A DNA stretch of 15,823 bases. Origin: Escherichia coli (GTDB lineage: Bacteria; Pseudomonadota; Gammaproteobacteria; Enterobacterales; Enterobacteriaceae). Within the stretch, counting starts at the first letter, position 1; each line of letters opens with the position of its first letter. The position numbers and the translations under genes are program-made. The notes beneath the pieces were generated by a model that was not told the origin of the DNA, made no database searches, and worked only from the letters and a program-made list of their open reading frames with translations. The stretch lies in assembly GCF_003334385.1 (NCBI RefSeq), contig NZ_QOWN01000065.1. The stretch is one strand, 5' to 3'. Below, one piece after another: positions 15,606 to 15,823 of this stretch.

Positions 15606-15823
15606 TTACGCTGCGGTCGGTTGGCGTAGCGGTATGGCACAAACGCGAGGATTAGCGGCCAGTGGCACAAACTGGCGGGTTGCGCCGTCAAAAGCTGCGA
15701 TGCTGCCGCTTTCAATGTCGTAGACCCAGCCGTGCAGGGCGATCCGCCCATAAGCGCTAACTTAAGGGTTGTGGTATTACGCCTGATATGATTTAACGTG
15801 CCGATGAATTACTCTCACGATAA
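15606..15823 (-). CDS. cynT: carbonic anhydrase CynT, 3' portion only (gene runs off the window). The last 48 codons (15609..15752) encode [47 protein letters not shown]; upstream of about 15753 the frame is not open
   Basis: Hand translation of the minus strand gives the CynT C-terminus as recalled, with a TAA stop at 15606..15608. An in-frame TAA lies at 15762..15764 and all three minus-strand frames contain stops in 15753..15823. Confidence 0.7.

Noticed and set aside
15753-15823. Insertion-sequence terminus at the window's right edge as the cause of the cynT disruption
   Set aside because: No terminal inverted repeat of a common E. coli IS (IS1, IS2, IS5 and similar) is recognisable in this stretch. 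Fragments of CynT-like coding sequence persist in shifted frames, which favours local indels or substitutions over an insertion.

Overview
This window is the Escherichia coli K-12-type mhp–lac–cyn chromosomal segment, presented in reverse-complement orientation relative to standard K-12 numbering. I see no evidence of a novel or undescribed system: every stretch is accounted for by known genes and signals, and this is one of the best-characterised loci in biology. Identification rests on ORF products, lengths and regulatory sequences matching those I recall from memory; no database search was run. Gene content, left to right: a REP/BIME cluster, mhpE-mhpF-mhpD-mhpC-mhpB-mhpA (minus strand, 3-(3-hydroxyphenyl)propionate catabolism), mhpR (plus, IclR-family activator), lacI-lacZ-lacY-lacA (plus) with the complete lac control region, and cynX-cynS-cynT(partial) on the minus strand. 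What is worth a second look is a set of small deviations from the canonical K-12 sequence: an in-frame TAA truncating mhpB, an in-frame TAA splitting mhpR, three G-to-A differences in and next to lac operator O1, a probable missense codon in lacI, a synonymous change in lacZ codon 21, and a cynT 3' end that stops being an open frame near the window edge. Together these look like a mutagenised, engineered or artificially perturbed K-12 derivative rather than a natural isolate. All reference comparisons are from memory and should be confirmed by alignment.
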